From positions 640,001 to 704,000 of the forward strand of contig CAXXLF010000002.1 of NCBI GenBank assembly GCA_963664015.2: a stretch of 64,000 nt of DNA, read 5' to 3'. This stretch comes from Candidatus Binatia bacterium (GTDB taxonomy: Bacteria > Desulfobacterota > Binatia > UBA9968 > CAXXLF01). The notes beneath the pieces are model-generated. The model did no database searches. It was not told the origin of the DNA and saw only the letters and a program-made list of their open reading frames with translations. Position numbers and translations under genes: made by a program. Of this stretch, positions 59,816 through 64,000 are shown piece after piece. Within the stretch, counting starts at the first letter, position 1, and the number at the start of each line of letters is the position of its first letter.

Positions 59816-61570
59816 GTGATTAAGATCAACCAACTTTCAAAGTCCTATTTTGCCCGTGAGCTTTTCACTGACGTCATTTTCCAGATGAATGCGGGTGATC
59901 GCTTGGGCTTAGTCGGACGCAACGGCCACGGTAAATCCACCCTCTTTAAACTCATTTTGGGGCAAGAAGAGCCCGACTCGGGCAAGATCGCTATCCCGCG
60001 AAACTATCGCATCGGCCATCTCGAGCAGCACTTACACTTTACCCAGCCGACGATTTTGGAGGAAGCGGCTTTAGGACTACCGGAAGAAGACTCCCATTCC
60101 ATCTATAAGGCTGAAGCCATATTATCCGGACTGGGATTTTCGGACACCGATCTTGAAAAGCCGCCTCATGAGTTTTCTGGCGGTTTTCAAATTCGCATCA
60201 ACCTCGCAAAGCTCCTACTCTCCGACCCCAATCTGCTTTTACTAGACGAACCGACAAACTACCTCGACATTACATCGGTTCGTTGGATCGCAAGATTTCT
60301 CGCTAATTTTAACGGCGAGCTTATTTTAATCTCTCATGATCGTGACTTCATGGACAGCATCACGACGCACACGGCGGTTATTCATCGCCAGAAAATTCGT
60401 AAATTCGAGGGCGGCACCGCCAAGGCGTACGATCAGCTCGTCATCGAGGACGAAATTCACGAAAAGACACGCGCCAACGAAGAGAGCAAACGAGCCCATG
60501 CCGAGGCTTTTATCAGTCGGTTTAGAGCCCAGGCTTCAAAAGCCAAGATGGTTCAGTCGCGCATCAAGATGCTCGAAAAACTCCCCAAACTCGACGGGCT
60601 GGCTAATATTGAGTCTTTGGATTTTGCATTTAGGCACGCCCCCTTTGCCGCCAAAACGTTACTTGATGCACGCAATATTTCATTTGGCTACACCCCCGAT
60701 AATGTCTTGTTCCAGAACATTAATCTGACCATCAATGCTCGGGACCGATTCGGCGTGATTGGCAACAACGGCAAAGGCAAATCGACTTTATTAAATGTAC
60801 TGTCCGGGGGGCTAAAACCGCTGACCGGCGAGCTCAAGGCTCATCCCGGTTTGAAACTGGGATACTTCGGCCAAACCAACATTCAACGGCTCAATCCAAA
60901 GTTGACCATCGAACAGGAAATCGAACGGACCAATCCGGCACTAACACGCACGCAGGTTCGAAACATTTGCGGCACGATGATGTTCGGCGGCGATTTAGCT
61001 TTAAAGAAAGTATCCGTACTGTCGGGCGGCGAAAGAAGTCGAACCCTATTGGGCAAGATCCTCGCTCATCCTTCAAACCTCCTTTTACTGGATGAACCCA
61101 ACAACCACCTCGACATGCAATCCATCGACGCCTTGATCGAGAGCCTGCAAGACTTTCCCGGGGCTTTGTTGATTGTCACCCATAACGAACGGATTCTTCG
61201 CGCCCTAGCCACGAAACTTATCGTCTTTCACCGCGGCACAGTCAATGCCTTCAATTCAGGCTACGACGAGTTTTTAGAAAAGATCGGTTGGGAGGACGAA
61301 AGCGAAGCCAACGGCGCACAGAAAAAGCCTACGTCGCGAAATAATTACAACGAGAAAAAAGAACGTGGGAAAGCGGAACGCAGAGAAAAAGCAAGAATCG
61401 CAAAGCTCGAAGCCCAGATCCTAAAAAGTGAGAATACGTTAAAGAAATACCACGAGCAACTCGAGATCGAAGCGAATCGCAACAATCTCGCTCAGTTGGA
61501 CGATCTATCCCGGAAAATCGGCCAGGTAAAGGAAGAAATCGAGGATTTGTATCGGGAGTACGCAGGGTAG
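59816..61570 (+). CDS. ABC-F family ATP-binding protein
   Basis: Two ABC domains: GRNGHGKST, FSGG and LLLDEPTN; GNNGKGKST, LSGGE and LDEP.NHLD; no transmembrane segments. Confidence 0.93.
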   Translation: MIKINQLSKSYFARELFTDVIFQMNAGDRLGLVGRNGHGKSTLFKLILGQEEPDSGKIAIPRNYRIGHLEQHLHFTQPTILEEAALGLPEEDSHSIYKAEAILSGLGFSDTDLEKPPHEFSGGFQIRINLAKLLLSDPNLLLLDEPTNYLDITSVRWIARFLANFNGELILISHDRDFMDSITTHTAVIHRQKIRKFEGGTAKAYDQLVIEDEIHEKTRANEESKRAHAEAFISRFRAQASKAKMVQSRIKMLEKLPKLDGLANIESLDFAFRHAPFAAKTLLDARNISFGYTPDNVLFQNINLTINARDRFGVIGNNGKGKSTLLNVLSGGLKPLTGELKAHPGLKLGYFGQTNIQRLNPKLTIEQEIERTNPALTRTQVRNICGTMMFGGDLALKKVSVLSGGERSRTLLGKILAHPSNLLLLDEPNNHLDMQSIDALIESLQDFPGALLIVTHNERILRALATKLIVFHRGTVNAFNSGYDEFLEKIGWEDESEANGAQKKPTSRNNYNEKKERGKAERREKARIAKLEAQILKSENTLKKYHEQLEIEANRNNLAQLDDLSRKIGQVKEEIEDLYREYAG

Positions 61571-61574
61571 CTCC

Positions 61575-61949
61575 CTACGCTGCAAAAGAGGTTCCACATC
61601 CACACGAACCCGTGGCCTTTGGATTTTGGAACGTGAATCCGGCTCCCATTAAACTGCTTTTGTAGTCGATCGTTGTACCTTTTAGATGGTCAACCGTTGA
61701 TTGGTCCAAGTAGATCTTGAGCGTCCCCTGTTCAACTACCGTATCACTTGGGTTAGATTCTTTTTCAAAATCAAGTTTGTAGGAGAATCCTGAGCACCCT
61801 CCACTGACAACGCTTATTCTGAGCCCATGACCATCCAGTTTATCACGCACGAGCATTTTCTTAATCTGTCCCATAGCAGCTTCGGTCACTGCCACAACCT
61901 TCCCAAGATCTAACTCTTGTCCGGTATCAGGTAAAATTTCAGTATCCAT
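61575..61949 (-). CDS. A-type Fe-S cluster carrier (IscA/ErpA/HesB)
   Basis: GGCSGFSY and NP.A.GSCGCGTSF motifs. Confidence 0.93.
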   Translation of the reverse strand: MDTEILPDTGQELDLGKVVAVTEAAMGQIKKMLVRDKLDGHGLRISVVSGGCSGFSYKLDFEKESNPSDTVVEQGTLKIYLDQSTVDHLKGTTIDYKSSLMGAGFTFQNPKATGSCGCGTSFAA

Positions 61950-62114
61950 AAGCAACCTCCATGAGTGTCAACTTTCATTCAAGATAGACCTAAAAATTTC
62001 ATCATGTCAAGGGGCACCATGGGCCACCGGAATCTTGTACTAAGGCGACGCGTTGATTGCCTCGGTTGCAGTTACAGCCGCTGAGATAAGGTAGGGACCC
62101 GATCATTACCTAAG

Positions 62115-62957
62115 CTACTGCAGGGGAGGTGACGTCTTCCCAAGTTGGATAATACGACTACGAATTTCCCTCACATCAGACCCGTCCGGTTGGAGCTCAA
62201 GATACCGCCGATAGTCCTGAATTGCCGACTGCGCGCATTCCAGTTGCTCGTATAAAAGACCACGGTCGCGAAGCTCTTCCGGCCAATCGGCCCGGATCAG
62301 TAGGATTCGGTCAACCACCGATAACGCCTTTGTATAATTCTCCTCATGCAAATAGATGGCCTTTAAATTGTGCAGCATACGGACCAGGATTTCCTTCTTC
62401 CCAACCCCGGCAAGGGATCGGCTCAACGCGATCTCCCGCCGGCGCCCGTGGTATTGGGGCAAGCGGTTGATTAATTCCTCCTCACTTAAAGAGTTCCCTC
62501 CCGAATACGGGTCGAGAACCACTCGACCGGTTTCCTGCCCGAGACTGACCAGAAAATGGCCGGGGAAGGAAACGCCTTTGAGCGACAGTCCGACGCGCAG
62601 GCCAACTTCCATATAGAGGATCGAGAGGGTGATCGGGATACCCAGTCTGCGGTCCAGCACATCGTTCAGGAAGCTGTTGCGCGGATCGTAATAGTTCTCC
62701 CCATTGCCAGCGAATCCTTCCTCCTCGAACAAGACATGGTTCATGGCCGCAATCATATTTTCGGGCGTGGCGGCGGGGGAAAGACGGGCGCGCACATCCC
62801 CCGACAGGTCATCGAGCCGCCGCAAATAGGCACCGATATCCAGCTGGGGATACTCGTCCTGGGCAAAGAGAAGGGCTACCTCTGCGAGGTTGATCCCCTC
62901 TTCCGGGCGGTTGATAAGCCGAGTTAAACGCTCCGTCGTTGGGTTCTCATTAGTCAT
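62115..62957 (-). CDS. SirB1/YchA-like transglutaminase-core plus TPR protein
   Basis: F.GN...YYDPRNSFL..VLDRR.GIPITL, FPGHFL and RDRGL motifs. Confidence 0.9.
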   Translation of the reverse strand: MTNENPTTERLTRLINRPEEGINLAEVALLFAQDEYPQLDIGAYLRRLDDLSGDVRARLSPAATPENMIAAMNHVLFEEEGFAGNGENYYDPRNSFLNDVLDRRLGIPITLSILYMEVGLRVGLSLKGVSFPGHFLVSLGQETGRVVLDPYSGGNSLSEEELINRLPQYHGRRREIALSRSLAGVGKKEILVRMLHNLKAIYLHEENYTKALSVVDRILLIRADWPEELRDRGLLYEQLECAQSAIQDYRRYLELQPDGSDVREIRSRIIQLGKTSPPLQ

Positions 62958-63027
62958 ACAGCTCTCAAGTGGGCCCTTTCGCAACCATGGTTTGATTCAC
63001 CTTGGAGAAAGCCTAGTTAAGGATCTT

Positions 63028-63178
63028 ACCGCAGAGGTGCAGAGAAATAGATTTTTATTTGCCGGGAGACGACGAGAAACAAAATATTCCTCAAATTCAA
63101 GCTATAATTTTTTACCCAATCGTCGTCTCCCGATTGGGCAAAAGGGATTTCCTCAGCGTACGCGGCCTCTCTGCAGTG
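63028..63178. repeat. Nested palindromic REP/MITE-like element
   Basis: Outer arms ACCGCAGAG / CTCTGCAGT; inner GGGAGACGACGA / TCGTCGTCTCCC; hairpin CCCAATCG-TCGTCTCC-CGATTGGG. Confidence 0.6.
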
Positions 63179-63272
63179 AAATATCCGAATCCTTATCTGC
63201 GAGAATCGGCGAAAATCTGCAGTTAAGTTATTAGAGCCGGTAAGGATTTCGCACGAGTCGTTTCCGAACTCG

Positions 63273-64000
63273 TTACTCCGTTGTCTCCTCGCCCTGCTGC
63301 ACGTACATAAACCCCAGGTTCTCCATTAACGGCCTGTTGTGGTGGACGAGGAAGCGAGCGGGCTCGTTTCCCGTGTTGAAGTGCTGGTGCCAGCTGAAGA
63401 CCGGGAGGCAGAGGACGTCTCCCTTTCCCCAATCATAGCGTTTATCTTCGATAATGCTGTATCCACTCCCTGACAAGACGTAGTTGACCTCTTCATACAT
63501 GTGCTGGTGAGCACCGGAGCTCTTGCCGGGTGAGATCTCCGCCATGAGCGTGCCCAGGACTCTCATGAAAAAGTTCGTCTTGGGGTCGATCACGTAGGCC
63601 ATTCGACCCATGGGGGTCTTTTGGAAGCAGATGTCCCGTCCCTTTTTCAGTACCTGCCCGGCGCGGCGTTGCTTTTCTTCGCGACTGGCAAAAAGCAGGT
63701 GCTCTTCGTAGAGCCCGTCGGTTTTATTGCTTGGGGGACGGTCAGATTCGGTCTTCATACGCACCCGGTTCCCGTCAGCAGCACCGGGGATTAACGACTG
63801 CATGGACTTCTCCCCTTTACCGCCAAAAACCCAGTATTCCGGGTACCGCTCGTCTTCGTATACCGCCAGCCCCAGAGACAACGACAACGGACCCGTGGTT
63901 GCTGCCACATAAATAAAGTCTTTGCTGTCCGTATTCAGATGGCGATGCCAGGCAAACATGGGAACGGAAATAAAGTCCCCCGCTTCCCAATCGTAGCGCA
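63273..64000 (-). CDS. Bicupin protein (gentisate dioxygenase-like fold), 5' end outside the window
   Basis: W.AGD.I.VP.FAWHRH and H.HMYEE..YVLSG.G...W..GD....P..SWHQHFN motifs. Confidence 0.8.
   Translation of the reverse strand, partial: RYDWEAGDFISVPMFAWHRHLNTDSKDFIYVAATTGPLSLSLGLAVYEDERYPEYWVFGGKGEKSMQSLIPGAADGNRVRMKTESDRPPSNKTDGLYEEHLLFASREEKQRRAGQVLKKGRDICFQKTPMGRMAYVIDPKTNFFMRVLGTLMAEISPGKSSGAHQHMYEEVNYVLSGSGYSIIEDKRYDWGKGDVLCLPVFSWHQHFNTGNEPARFLVHHNRPLMENLGFMYVQQGEETTE

Noticed and set aside
61575-61949. Possible Sec in the HesB/IscA protein
   Set aside because: All three conserved Cys use normal codons
1-64000. CRISPR arrays, rRNA, prophage or defence systems
   Set aside because: No regularly spaced repeats, rRNA-like tracts, phage structural genes or defence domains were seen

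Overview
64 kb of bacterial chromosome; gene content and style suggest a deltaproteobacterial or Binatota-like lineage (inference). Housekeeping blocks: a tetrapyrrole operon (cysG, hemD, ccsA, hemA, hemC-hemD fusion, hemB), an assimilatory sulfate-reduction operon (sulfite reductase, conserved hypothetical, APS reductase, sat, TauE), leuC/leuD, MltD, ABC-F, IscA/ErpA and SirB1-like genes. Much of the rest is catabolic and transport genes: two UbiD decarboxylases, a tripartite tricarboxylate transporter with a second frameshifted TctC, two MFS permeases, FAH, an isochorismatase, two heme-oxygenase-like diiron (PqqC/CADD-type) proteins, an atypical asparaginase-fold protein and a Mo-hydroxylase large subunit. 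The ORF track misses two probable selenoproteins, each with an in-frame TGA at a catalytic Cys position followed by a SECIS-like hairpin: an Omega-type glutathione S-transferase (19500-20060, UPFA) and an OsmC-family protein (47801-48361). The OsmC gene lies in the most interesting locus, a co-directional minus-strand cluster at 44690-54448. Its order is Dpp-type ABC uptake, UbiD, diiron oxidase, small CEECC protein, Sec-OsmC, split ThDP decarboxylase, class II aldolase-fold enzyme and gentisate-type dioxygenase, and it matches no pathway I recognise. There are also several pseudogenes and REP/MITE-like palindromes. I saw no rRNA, tRNA, CRISPR array or intact transposase.
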